Shown: piece by piece, positions 42,761 to 52,453 of the stretch | Layout: each line of letters begins with the position of its first letter | Position numbering within the stretch: position 1 is the first letter of the stretch | From: an uncultured Acidobacteriota bacterium | Lineage (GTDB): Bacteria > Acidobacteriota > UBA6911 | DNA length: 64,000 bases | Assembly (NCBI GenBank): GCA_963747985.1 | Contig: CAVVHG010000014.1 | Coordinates: forward strand, 17,149 to 81,148 | Direction of reading: 5' to 3' | Position numbers and translations under genes: made by a program | The notes under the pieces: model-generated | Databases searched by the model: none | Told to the model about the DNA's origin: nothing | What the model saw: the letters and a program-made list of their open reading frames with translations, nothing else

Positions 42761-43722
42761 ATGCTGATTAAGAGACCCTCCGACGTTCGATCTTCAGAGA
42801 TCACCCCAAAGGAGATCTATCTGAACCGCCGCACGTTCATGAAGGAAGCCGCCGTGACGGGCGCCGTCCTGGCTGCGAGCCGGGTTCTCTGCCCGCCCTG
42901 GGAGCAAGCCTTCCCCAGGCGGGCGAGCGGCTGCAGTTCAGGAAAAGCGACCTCAGCACCCAGGGCGAAGAACTAACACCACTCAAGGACATTACGACCT
43001 ACAACAACTTTTACGAATTCGGGAGCGAGAAGGGGGATCCGTCCAAGAACGCCGGCACGCTCCGCACCGTCCCCTGGACGGTCTCGATTGAAGGCGAGGT
43101 AAAGAAGGAACGGCTCTACGACGTCGCGAGCATCCTCAAGATGCATCCTTCTTTGGAGGAACGTGTCTACCGGTTGCGTTGTGTCGAGGCGTGGTCGATG
43201 GTGATTCCCTGGATCGGGATCCCGCTTGCATCGGTGATCAAGGCGGTCGAGCCGGCCTCAAAGGCGAAATATATTGCCTTCCAGACGCTCCACGATCCGA
43301 AGCAGATGCCGGGGCAGAATCGCTCGATCCTCCGCTGGCCTTATGTCGAAGGACTCAGGATGGACGAGGCGATGCATCCGTTGACCCTCCTGGCGGTCGG
43401 GCTCTACGGCGAGACGCTGTTGAACCAGAACGGCGCGCCGATCCGCCTGATCGTGCCCTGGAAATACGGGTACAAGAGCATCAAGTCTATCGTCAGGATC
43501 CGCTTCGTCGAAAAGCAGCCGCCGACCAGCTGGAACCTGGCGGCGCCGGACGAATACGGCTTCTATTCTAATGTAAACCCGGAAGTCGACCATCCCCGGT
43601 GGAGTCAGGCCAGGGAAAGGCGCATCGGAGAGTTCTTCAAGCGCAAGACGCTCATGTTCAACGGGTACGCCGACCAGGTCGCCGGGCTCTATGCCGGCAT
43701 GGATCTGCGCAAATACTACTAA
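42761..43722 (+). CDS. msrP: Protein-methionine-sulfoxide reductase catalytic subunit, one frameshift near 42880-42930
   Basis: SEITP..YLNRRTF Tat signal in one frame; [34 protein letters not shown] in the -1 frame. Confidence 0.9.
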
Positions 43723-43727
43723 CCCCC

Positions 43728-44357
43728 ATGACCCGGAAAAGGATCGCGGTCATAAAGGTATTCGTTTGGGTGGCCTGCCTCACTCCACTGCTACGGCTTG
43801 GCTGGAAGGGGCTGACCGGCGGCCTCGGAGCCAATCCAATTGAGTTCATCACTCTCTCGACCGGAACCTGGACGCTGGTATTTCTGCTCGCCACACTGGC
43901 AATCACCCCTCTGCGTCGCCTCAGCGGACAATCATGGCTGATCAGGTTCCGCCGCCTGGTCGGGCTGTTTGCCTTCTTCTATGGGGTGCTTCATTTCATC
44001 ACCTATATCTGGTTGGACAAGTTCTTCGATGTTCGGGACATGGTCAAGGATGTTGCCAAGCGGCCGTTCATCACGGCGGGATTCCTGGCATTCCTGCTCC
44101 TGATTCCGCTGGCCGCCACATCAACAGCAGGGGCGATCCGTTGGATGGGCGGAAAACGATGGCAACTTCTGCACCGTCTGATCTATGTCAGCGGCGCCTC
44201 TGCCGTCATCCACTTCTGGTGGAAGGTGAAGGCAGACGTCCGCAAGCCGGCGATCTACGCAGCGGTTCTCGGCATCCTGCTCGGCCTGCGGCTCATCTTC
44301 TGGATCCACGCCAGGCTGTCAAATCCCGGCACTCGATCTGCCCGCCCCCGGGCGTAG
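43728..44357 (+). CDS. msrQ: Protein-methionine-sulfoxide reductase heme-binding subunit
   Basis: LGANPIE, RRLVGLFAFFY..LH, KRPFITAG, WQLLHRLIY..A.IHF. Confidence 0.95.
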   Translation: MTRKRIAVIKVFVWVACLTPLLRLGWKGLTGGLGANPIEFITLSTGTWTLVFLLATLAITPLRRLSGQSWLIRFRRLVGLFAFFYGVLHFITYIWLDKFFDVRDMVKDVAKRPFITAGFLAFLLLIPLAATSTAGAIRWMGGKRWQLLHRLIYVSGASAVIHFWWKVKADVRKPAIYAAVLGILLGLRLIFWIHARLSNPGTRSARPRA

Positions 44358-44557
44358 GACCGGCACATCGCCTCCCTCAACTGCGTCCAGCCATGACGAT
44401 CAGGTGAGATGAAGCGCGAATAACAAGTATAATGGCCGAATGAACCCCGAGGCCATTCAGGCCGTAAAGAGGTCAGGGTGACACGGCCGTGCGGATTCCC
44501 GTCGCCCCCTCAGTGCCTGACCCTGTTGCTGGACGGGTTCGACGAGGGACCGGTCAC

Positions 44558-45490
44558 ATGACGGAGGGTCGCGTATCGAAAGATCGGGTCGCGGGGATCG
44601 TCCTGCTCGGTGTCGCGGGCCTCGCGCTCATGTTGTCCGGATGCTCGATCAGGAAGGTAGCCGTCAACGTTGCCGGCAAGGCCCTTGCGGACTCCGGATC
44701 GACGTTTGCATCCGACGACGATCCGGAGCTGGTGGCCGCCGCAGTACCATTCGCGCTCAAGACGCTCGAGGCTCTGCTCGCCGAGTCCCCCAGGCACAAA
44801 GGTCTGCTGCTCGCGGCGTGCAGCGGGTTCACGCAGTACGCGTATGCCTTCGTGCAGCAGCCGGCCGACTACATCGAGGACCAGGACCTCGCTCGCGCCA
44901 CCGAAATGCGGGCGCGCGCCAAGAAGCTGTACCTGCGGGCCGTGGGCTACGGCATGCGGGACCTGGAGATACAGTTCCCAGGGTTCGCCGACAGGCTCCG
45001 CGCGAATCAGGATGAGGCGCTCGCGAAGACGACGAAGAAACAGGTGCCTTTGCTTTATTACACGGCGGGAGCGTGGGCTGCCGCTTTCGCCCTCGACGTG
45101 GCGGACTCGCAGTTGTCGGTGAACCAGACGCTCATCGAGAAAATGATGGCACGAGCCCTTGCTCTCGACGAGAGCTGGGAACTGGGAACGGTGCACGATT
45201 TCTTCATTTCCTGGGAGGCCGCCCACGAATCGGCCGGCGGATCGATCGAAAAGGCAAACGAACACTACCGCCGGGCAAGGGAGCTTTCCGCCGGGAAGCG
45301 CTTGTCGCCGCTTCTGACTTACGCCGAGGCAGTGCTGATCCGGGAGCAGAAGAAGGCCGAGTTCGAGGCGCTACTCAACGAGGCCCTCCAATTCGACGTC
45401 GAGAAGGCGCCGCCCGAACAGAGACTGGCCAACGTGCTTAGTCAGCGGCGGGCCAAGTGGCTGCTGTCGCGAGTCGACGTGCTTTTCTGA
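44558..45490 (+). CDS. TRAP transporter TatT component (TPR-like lipoprotein)
   Basis: LSGC lipobox, DDDPELVAAAVPFALK..E.LL...P, FTQYAYAF, N.L.QRRA.WLL. Confidence 0.88.
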   Translation: MTEGRVSKDRVAGIVLLGVAGLALMLSGCSIRKVAVNVAGKALADSGSTFASDDDPELVAAAVPFALKTLEALLAESPRHKGLLLAACSGFTQYAYAFVQQPADYIEDQDLARATEMRARAKKLYLRAVGYGMRDLEIQFPGFADRLRANQDEALAKTTKKQVPLLYYTAGAWAAAFALDVADSQLSVNQTLIEKMMARALALDESWELGTVHDFFISWEAAHESAGGSIEKANEHYRRARELSAGKRLSPLLTYAEAVLIREQKKAEFEALLNEALQFDVEKAPPEQRLANVLSQRRAKWLLSRVDVLF

Positions 45491-45514
45491 GCGGAAGCCT
45501 GGAGATACTCGATC

Positions 45515-46573
45515 ATGATTGACAGAAATGTTGAATGCCATCATCGCTTCATACGATGGATTGTTTTGTGCGTCTTCTGTGCCGCCTTGTGCCTGATGCC
45601 ATCCCCATTGAGCGCACAGGTGATCACCATCAAAATGGCTACGCTCGTGCCCACCAACTCATCCTGGTTTCTCGTGTTGAAGGAGGTGGCGAACAAGTGG
45701 AACATGCTGTCGGGCGGTAGGGTAAGGGTCATTCTGTACGGTGGAGGTACGAAGGGAGACGATCCGGAAGTCGTGCAGGCCATGCGGCTCGGTGAACTTC
45801 AGGGGGCGCTATTGACCTCCGTCGGGCTGGCTGAGATCGAGAGGTCGGTCTACGCTCTGAGCATCCCGATGGCCTACGACTCGTACGACGAGGTGTACGC
45901 CGTACTCGCAAAGCTGCGTCCACGCCTCGAGGCCTCGATCGAGGCGAACGGTTTCGTGGTCCTCAACTGGGTCGATGCGGGATGGATCCATTTCCTCACG
46001 ACCAAGCCCGTTGCAACGCCCGACGATTTGAGGAAATTGAAACTGTTTCAATGGAACGGGGATCCGAAGTCGCTGGAGATTTGGAAGATCGCCGGTTTCA
46101 ACCCTCGGCCGGCCTCGTCCGCTGATCTGCCGGCGGGTCTCTCAACCGGGCTCTTCGAAGCGTGCGGCCTCTCGCCTCAGGTCGCCCAGATCGGCCGCTA
46201 CTACGAGAAGGCGAAATACATGACCGACCTGAACTGGGCGCTGCTCCTCGGCGCAACGGTAATCAAGAAGGATACATGGGCCAGGGTCCCGGCCGAAGTC
46301 AAGCCGGCACTGCTAAAGGCGATGGATGAGGCGGGCGTCAAACTCCAGGCCGACATCCGCCGGAGCGGCGAGGCGGACGTGACTGCAATGAAGAGCGCGG
46401 GGCTGACGGTCGTGCCGGTAGACGCAAGGACGAAGGAACTATGGCGAAAGACCGCCGAGAGTGCCTACGGAAAGATCCGCGGCGATTTCGTCCCTGCAGA
46501 AGCGTTTGACGAGGCCATGAAGGCCCGCGACGAATACCGGAAGCAGCACACAGGGCAGGAACCGAAGAGATAG
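45515..46573 (+). CDS. dctP: TRAP substrate-binding protein DctP (TatP type)
   Basis: IKMATLVP..S.W, VQAMRLGELQGA, PDDLRKLKLF. Confidence 0.9.
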   Translation: MIDRNVECHHRFIRWIVLCVFCAALCLMPSPLSAQVITIKMATLVPTNSSWFLVLKEVANKWNMLSGGRVRVILYGGGTKGDDPEVVQAMRLGELQGALLTSVGLAEIERSVYALSIPMAYDSYDEVYAVLAKLRPRLEASIEANGFVVLNWVDAGWIHFLTTKPVATPDDLRKLKLFQWNGDPKSLEIWKIAGFNPRPASSADLPAGLSTGLFEACGLSPQVAQIGRYYEKAKYMTDLNWALLLGATVIKKDTWARVPAEVKPALLKAMDEAGVKLQADIRRSGEADVTAMKSAGLTVVPVDARTKELWRKTAESAYGKIRGDFVPAEAFDEAMKARDEYRKQHTGQEPKR

Positions 46574-46584
46574 CGGAGCGTCCC

Positions 46585-48450
46585 ATGACCGATACGGCGA
46601 GCGCGTCCCCCACGGGCGACACTGGCTTTCTGGGATCGCTCTGCAGACGCACCGAGCAGGCAGTGCTGATGGCCACGTTGGCACTCACGACGGTCCTGCT
46701 GCTGATTGACGCCTTCGGCAGGCCGCTGGGCGGTTTTCACGTTCCCGGCAAGGATGAGTACGTCAAGCAACTGACTCTGTGGCTCGCTTTCGTCGGAGGC
46801 CTCGCTGCGGCCGTTCAGGCCAGCCACCTGAAGCTGTCTACGGCCGAGTTCTTCGGTGAAGGGCGGGCCCGCCAGATCTCCCGCCTGATTGGCGGCTCGG
46901 TCGCGGCAGCAGTAGTTGCCGTTCTTGCCAAGGGCGCTCTCGACATAGTCCGGGTCCACCGTAACCTGCCTGAGCCGGAGATCCTGCCGATCGGGTTGCC
47001 TGAATGGGTGTCAGAAGCGATCATGCCGTTTGCCCTGGGAGCAATGGCGCTGGTATTCGCCTGGAAAGCCTCGGATCGCTTCCCCGGCCGCGTGATCGCG
47101 TTGCTTGCTATTCCGGCCGCGTTCGCCATCGGCCTCGTGCCGCCGGAGTCGGCCGCACACCTCTGGCCTCTCGCGCTGGTCGTTCTGGCCTCCGCCTTTC
47201 TCGGCGCACCTGTATTTGTGGCGATGGGAGGAATTGCCGCCGTCCTGTTTTTCACCGAGGGCAGCCCCGTTTCTGCGGTCACCCGCAGGGTCTACGACCT
47301 TATTGCGTCCCCAACCCTCCCCGCGATACCGCTGCTGACGGCGGCCGGCTACGTACTGGCAGAGAGCGCTGCGGCAGAGCGCCTGGTGCGTGCCTTCCGC
47401 GCGATATTCGGCTGGATGCCGGGAGGGATCGCGGTGATGGTGGCAGCAGTGTGTGCGCTGTTTACCACGTTCACCGGCGGCTCGGGGGTGACCATCATCG
47501 CGCTGGGCGGTCTGGTCTACCCGGTTCTCCGAAAAGACGGTTATTCCGAGAGCTTCTCGCTCGGGCTTGTTACGGCAGCGGGCTCACTGGGCCTGCTCTT
47601 TCCGCCCAGTCTGCCTGTCGTGCTCTACTCGGTGGTCGCCAGTTCGCGCGAACAGGTCGTACCGCTCGACCAGCTCTATATCGCCGGGTTGCTGCCGGGT
47701 CTGTTGCTCGTCGTCCTGACAGCCATCTACGGGATCATCGTCGGCCGTCACGTCGCGCGGGGCAGGCAGCCGTTCTCCTGGCGCGAAGCAGTCGTTGCGA
47801 CCTGGAAAGCAAAGTGGGAACTGGCGTTGCCGTTTGTCATCATAGGCCTGTTCGCAAGCGGCTTCCTGACCATGCTCGAGACGGCGGCCGCCGCCCTTGC
47901 CTATGCCGTCGTCGTCGAGTGCTTTATTACGCGCGATCTCCACATCTTCAAGACGCTTCCGGAGGTCCTCCTGAAGGCCGCGGGGCTGATGGGAGCGGTG
48001 CTGATCCTGCTCAGCATAGCCATGGGACTGACGAACTACCTCGTTGATGCCCAGATACCGGACCAGATGCTCGAGTGGGTGCAGTTGCACATTCATTCGC
48101 AGGCAATGTTCCTGCTGGCTCTCAACGTATTCCTGCTGGTGGTGGGCAGCGTAGTGGAAATCTATGCAGCGATCGTGATCCTCGCACCGCTGATCGTTCC
48201 GATGGGCACCGCGTTCGAGGTCAATCCTGTTCACCTGGGCGTCATTTTCCTGGCGAACCTCGAGCTCGGTTTCCTCTTCCCGCCGGTCGGCCTGAACCTG
48301 TTCCTTTCATCCTCACGGTTCGGCAAGCCGCTCACCCAACTCTACCGTCACGTGGTCCCGTTCCTGATCATCCTGGGGATAGGTGTCCTGCTTGTGACTT
48401 ACATCCCGTCGATGTCGCTGGGCCTCCTGCACCTTTTGGGCAAACCCTAG
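46585..48450 (+). CDS. dctM: Fused TRAP small and large permease (DctQ-DctM)
   Basis: N-terminal DctQ-like four-TM region followed by DctM (AIPLLTAAG, FTGGSGVTI, GSLGLLFPPS, NLELGFLFPPVGLNLF). Confidence 0.92.
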   Translation: MTDTASASPTGDTGFLGSLCRRTEQAVLMATLALTTVLLLIDAFGRPLGGFHVPGKDEYVKQLTLWLAFVGGLAAAVQASHLKLSTAEFFGEGRARQISRLIGGSVAAAVVAVLAKGALDIVRVHRNLPEPEILPIGLPEWVSEAIMPFALGAMALVFAWKASDRFPGRVIALLAIPAAFAIGLVPPESAAHLWPLALVVLASAFLGAPVFVAMGGIAAVLFFTEGSPVSAVTRRVYDLIASPTLPAIPLLTAAGYVLAESAAAERLVRAFRAIFGWMPGGIAVMVAAVCALFTTFTGGSGVTIIALGGLVYPVLRKDGYSESFSLGLVTAAGSLGLLFPPSLPVVLYSVVASSREQVVPLDQLYIAGLLPGLLLVVLTAIYGIIVGRHVARGRQPFSWREAVVATWKAKWELALPFVIIGLFASGFLTMLETAAAALAYAVVVECFITRDLHIFKTLPEVLLKAAGLMGAVLILLSIAMGLTNYLVDAQIPDQMLEWVQLHIHSQAMFLLALNVFLLVVGSVVEIYAAIVILAPLIVPMGTAFEVNPVHLGVIFLANLELGFLFPPVGLNLFLSSSRFGKPLTQLYRHVVPFLIILGIGVLLVTYIPSMSLGLLHLLGKP

Positions 48451-48539
48451 ATCTGTCTCTGCAGGTGCAATGAAGATCTCGCACTCCTCCACCTGAAGCG
48501 GGTGAAGGCGAGCTCGGAATGGCTGTCGCCTCCGCCGAC

Positions 48540-49442
48540 TCATGACCTGCGGATCACGCCTCTGTTCAGCGCGACTGCAAATTCCCGGATGTGTTCCGGC
48601 GTGGTGCCGCAGCAGCCGCCGATGATGTTCGCGCCGGCATCAGCCAGCGACATTACCTCCGCGGCCATGGCCGCGGGCGCCTGGCGGTAAAAGATCCTGT
48701 CGCCCTCCAGCACCGGCGATCCCGCGTTGGGGCGGATCAGTACCGGCTTGTCGGTGGCGGATCGGAAGCCTGCCACAATTGCGGCATAGTCGGGCATGGA
48801 TAGACCTGTGCCGCAATTGCTGCCCACCACGTCCGCTCCTTCATCTGCCATGAACTTCGCCGCGTCGCCGGGAGTGACTCCCATCATTGTGCGGCAACTC
48901 CCCCTCCCTTTTTCGAATGTCATCATGGCCGCGATCAGAGCGGCACCGGCTGCCCGGGCTGCCCGGATCCCCACCGCGACTTCCTCTCTTGCGGCCATCG
49001 TTTCCAGGACAATCCCATCCGCGCCGCCTTCCAGCAGCGCCGTGGCCTGCTCCAGGAACCAGGCGTGCAGTTCCTCCTGAGAAGTGTCACCGAGCGGTTC
49101 CAGGAACCCGCCAAACGGTCCGATGCTGCCCAGAACCCATGCCTTATCGCCCGCAGCCCTCCGCGCCAGTTCGGCCGCGCGGCGATTGACCTCCGCGACC
49201 CGATCTCCCAGCCCGAACCCGGCAAGCGCAAGGCGCGTGCCGCGGAAGCTGTTCGTCGTGAGAAAACGAGCCCCCGCGTCCACATAGGCACGGTGGACTT
49301 CCTCCACCCTGTCCGGATGCAGGATGTTCCACGCCTCGGCGCAAGCGCCCGGTTCGAGGCCGCACCGCTGCAGTTCGGTCCCGATCGCTCCGTCCGCCAG
49401 CAGCAATCCGCTGTGTAAGGCACTTCCGACAGGCTTTCTCAT
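48540..49442 (-). CDS. Stand-alone homocysteine S-methyltransferase domain protein (MetH N-terminal-like)
   Basis: LADGAIGTEL, TTNSF, GSIGP, VLETM, GSNCG and IGGCCGTTPEHI zinc ligands. Confidence 0.92.
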   Translation of the reverse strand: MRKPVGSALHSGLLLADGAIGTELQRCGLEPGACAEAWNILHPDRVEEVHRAYVDAGARFLTTNSFRGTRLALAGFGLGDRVAEVNRRAAELARRAAGDKAWVLGSIGPFGGFLEPLGDTSQEELHAWFLEQATALLEGGADGIVLETMAAREEVAVGIRAARAAGAALIAAMMTFEKGRGSCRTMMGVTPGDAAKFMADEGADVVGSNCGTGLSMPDYAAIVAGFRSATDKPVLIRPNAGSPVLEGDRIFYRQAPAAMAAEVMSLADAGANIIGGCCGTTPEHIREFAVALNRGVIRRS

Positions 49443-49506
49443 GATGATTCTCCGCCGGCCGCATTATAGTGCACAGCAGGTCCGGTCTGTAAGGCTGGAT
49501 CGCCCC

Positions 49507-50679
49507 TCACTGATGGCGGCTCTCGGCCGCGCCGACGAGGATCTCGAGATTCTCGGGCGGCGTGTGCGGCGGAACCGAGCAGGCAGAGCTCAGGATATAA
49601 CCGCCACCTTCTGCTGCCGTCTCAATGCAACTGCGCGCCGCCGCATGCACTTTATCCGGGGTTCCCTCGAGCAGGACGTGGACAGGATCTATATTCCCTT
49701 TAATGAAGAGTCTGCTTCCGATCCGGGACTTGGCGTCCCGCAGCTCCACGTTCCCGAGCGGCGGCGGGTCCAACGTGTCGATGCCGCCGGTCCCGGTCGC
49801 CTCCATCAGCTCGAGTCGATCGCCGATGCTCCCGCAGGTGTGAGTATAAATCGGGATGTCGAAGACGGCCCGGATCCCTTCGACAACCTTCTTTTCAAAC
49901 GGCAGCACGAACCTGCGATAGTGTTCCCTCGAGATGAAGCCGGCGCCGGCAAAGGCAGAGGAAATGAGGATCGCATGGACGCCGTGTGCAGCCTGGCCGC
50001 ATCCGAGCGCGATGGCTCCTTCGGCGAGCGAACTGAGGCAAGCCTCGACCTTCCCGGGATCGTCAGCCAGTGCCAGCAGCGCGCTCGTATAACCGATGAG
50101 CTCGAGCAGCTGGCTGAACGGCGAGAAGACCTCTCCGTGCACCGAGACATCGTGCCCAACCCGCCCCACCACGTAATCGATCGTGTCGAACTGCCAGGGC
50201 GGGAAGAAACTTTCGCGCCCGGCGAAAACTCCCGAGAACCCCCAGCTGAACGGATAGTCGGGCCCGCTCAGATCGTGCGGCTCGACATAACAAAGCACAT
50301 CCGGATCGACCTCCTCGAACGCGACCGAATTTCGCGTTCCGTCGGCCCGATACACATGAGGGTTGTCGTCCGGCGGGCACACGGTGTAACAGCCGTTGCA
50401 CCAGTGTATGACTTTGTCGGCGGCTCTCGCTTCGACATGCTTCACGCAGGAACGCCAGTCGGGATCGCGCCCGGGCAGGTTGACCAGGATGCCGTCAAAG
50501 CGATATCGGCGCTGCAACTGGATCAGAGCCTCGCCAAACCCGGCGGTCGAATGCCAGATTTCGATCTCCGGGATCCCGCAGTTCAGGAAGTAATGGCCAA
50601 GCGCCAGCTGGCACATAACAGGAACCCTGTCCGCCGCCTCGAGCCGCATCGCACGCGCCATCCGTTCCCTGCCGTTCAT
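49507..50679 (-). CDS. Uroporphyrinogen decarboxylase-fold protein, MtaA/CmuA methyltransferase-like
   Basis: DRVPV N-terminus, HTCG and SSAC zinc-type ligands, KGNIDP, TPPENL. Confidence 0.85.
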   Translation of the reverse strand: MNGRERMARAMRLEAADRVPVMCQLALGHYFLNCGIPEIEIWHSTAGFGEALIQLQRRYRFDGILVNLPGRDPDWRSCVKHVEARAADKVIHWCNGCYTVCPPDDNPHVYRADGTRNSVAFEEVDPDVLCYVEPHDLSGPDYPFSWGFSGVFAGRESFFPPWQFDTIDYVVGRVGHDVSVHGEVFSPFSQLLELIGYTSALLALADDPGKVEACLSSLAEGAIALGCGQAAHGVHAILISSAFAGAGFISREHYRRFVLPFEKKVVEGIRAVFDIPIYTHTCGSIGDRLELMEATGTGGIDTLDPPPLGNVELRDAKSRIGSRLFIKGNIDPVHVLLEGTPDKVHAAARSCIETAAEGGGYILSSACSVPPHTPPENLEILVGAAESRHQ

Positions 50680-50844
50680 GTCCGGGATTATACGCGCCGC
50701 AATTCCGAAATGCTCGGGGCGTAACTTGATGCCGTCAGAGGCGGGTGGTTAAATGTGTAATCCGGACGAGGCAGGATGTCCACCGGGTTCCGACGGCGAT
50801 GACGGCCCCGGCGCTGATCCCGACGTCGCACAGGAGAAAAGAGT

Positions 50845-52275
50845 ATGCGCAGAGTGACTCGCCGATCGTTTGTATGCTCGATGGCAGTGCCCATAGTATC
50901 TGCCAGGGCCCACGCCCGCACGCACGGGGGGATCCGGATCAAGGAGATCACGCACAAGTACGAGGATTACCTTTATCGGACCCCCATCAAGTTCGGCGGG
51001 ACGGTGCTGGACCGGGCCACGCTGCTCAACGTGAGGTGCGTGGTGGAAGGCGCCGGCGGGCGTTCAGCTTCCGGATTCGGATCCATGCCCATGGGCAATG
51101 TGTGGGCATTCCCCACGAAGCGAATGTCCTACGACGTCACACTCGGGGCCATGAAGGAGCTGGCGGGGAGAATCGAACGGATCACGGCCGGCTTCAAGGA
51201 GGCAGGACATCCGATCGACATCAATGCGGCCCTTGAGCCGGAATACCTGAAGACTGCGCCGGAAGTTGCCGCATCGCGCGAGCTGGTGGAACCGATTCCC
51301 AAGCTCTGTGTCCTGGTCACGGCGAGTCCTTTCGACGCCGCCCTGCACGACGCCTACGGCAAGTTCTACGGCCTGAGCTGCTACAGGACATATGGCCGGG
51401 ATTTCATGGCGCATGACCTGTCGAAGTATCTCGGCCCCGAATTCAGCGGGCAATACCTGGACAGGTACATCAGGCGGACGCCCCGGCCGTCACTGCCACT
51501 CTACCATCTCGTGGGCGCTGTCGACCCTCTCGTGGATTCAGACATCAGTCATCGCATCAATGACGGACTCCCCGAGACTCTGCCCGAGTGGATTCGCTAC
51601 AATGGCCTTACCCACATCAAGATCAAACTGAACGGCGAAGACATCAAGTGGGACGTCGAGCGGGTTCTGACCGTGGACCGCGTGAGTGCGGACGTGCAGG
51701 CGGAGCGCCATGTGCAGCGCTGGTATTACTCGCTCGATTTCAATGAGAAGTGCGCCAACGTGGACTATCTGCTCGATTTTCTGCATCAGGTCGGGGAAAA
51801 GGCTCCGCCTTGCTTCGCGCGCATCCAATACATCGAGCAGCCGACGGCTCGAGACCTCCGCGCAAACCGGCACCAGGTAGTCCATCAGGCGGCCAGGCTG
51901 AAGCCGGTTGTAATCGATGAATCGCTGACCGACCTGGAGAGTCTTGTGATGGCCCGCGAGATGGGCTACACGGGAGCGGCTCTGAAGGCCTGCAAGGGTC
52001 AAAGCCAGGCGCTGCTGATGGCGGCCGCCGCCCAGAAATTCAACATGTTCCTGTGCGTGCAGGACCTGACGTGCCCCGGCGCTTCCCTTATCCAGTCGGC
52101 GGGATTGGCTGCACACGTTCCCACCGTGCATGCCATCGAGGCGAATGCCCGACAGTATGTCCCAGCGGCAAACCAACCGTGGGAGAAACGGTTCCCGGGA
52201 ATCTTCAAGGTCACCGACGGACTGCTCAGAACCGGCACGCTGACCGGGCCCGGGCTCGGCGCTGCGCCGGCATGA
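50845..52275 (+). CDS. Enolase superfamily (mandelate racemase/MLE-like) protein with Tat-like signal
   Basis: TRRSF N-terminus; HIKIKLNG, LDFNE, YIEQP, VIDES, ALKACKG. Confidence 0.82.
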   Translation: MRRVTRRSFVCSMAVPIVSARAHARTHGGIRIKEITHKYEDYLYRTPIKFGGTVLDRATLLNVRCVVEGAGGRSASGFGSMPMGNVWAFPTKRMSYDVTLGAMKELAGRIERITAGFKEAGHPIDINAALEPEYLKTAPEVAASRELVEPIPKLCVLVTASPFDAALHDAYGKFYGLSCYRTYGRDFMAHDLSKYLGPEFSGQYLDRYIRRTPRPSLPLYHLVGAVDPLVDSDISHRINDGLPETLPEWIRYNGLTHIKIKLNGEDIKWDVERVLTVDRVSADVQAERHVQRWYYSLDFNEKCANVDYLLDFLHQVGEKAPPCFARIQYIEQPTARDLRANRHQVVHQAARLKPVVIDESLTDLESLVMAREMGYTGAALKACKGQSQALLMAAAAQKFNMFLCVQDLTCPGASLIQSAGLAAHVPTVHAIEANARQYVPAANQPWEKRFPGIFKVTDGLLRTGTLTGPGLGAAPA

Positions 52276-52316
52276 AACTCGGAGTCGCGAGGCTCCGGAT
52301 TGCGGTTTCGAACTAT

Positions 52317-52355
52317 GCGGGCTCGCAGCCAGGCGCAGGCTGCGCGGAAGCCCGC
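52317..52355. terminator. Nested GC hairpin between convergent genes
   Basis: GCGGGCT-CGCAGCC-aggcgca-GGCTGCG-cgga-AGCCCGC. Confidence 0.4.
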
Positions 52356-52453
52356 TTCAGGGAAGGCAACATAACGTTTGGCCGCCGCGAGCGTGTCTCC
52401 GAGCTCCTCCTCGGGCGCGGCCCCCCGGGATCCGGCATTCAAGGCTGCCGGTT

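Noticed and set aside
49507-50679. True hemE, given hemY in the window
   Set aside because: It has HxC/C zinc-type ligands, lacks the HemE RQAGR motif and lies 13 kb from hemY.
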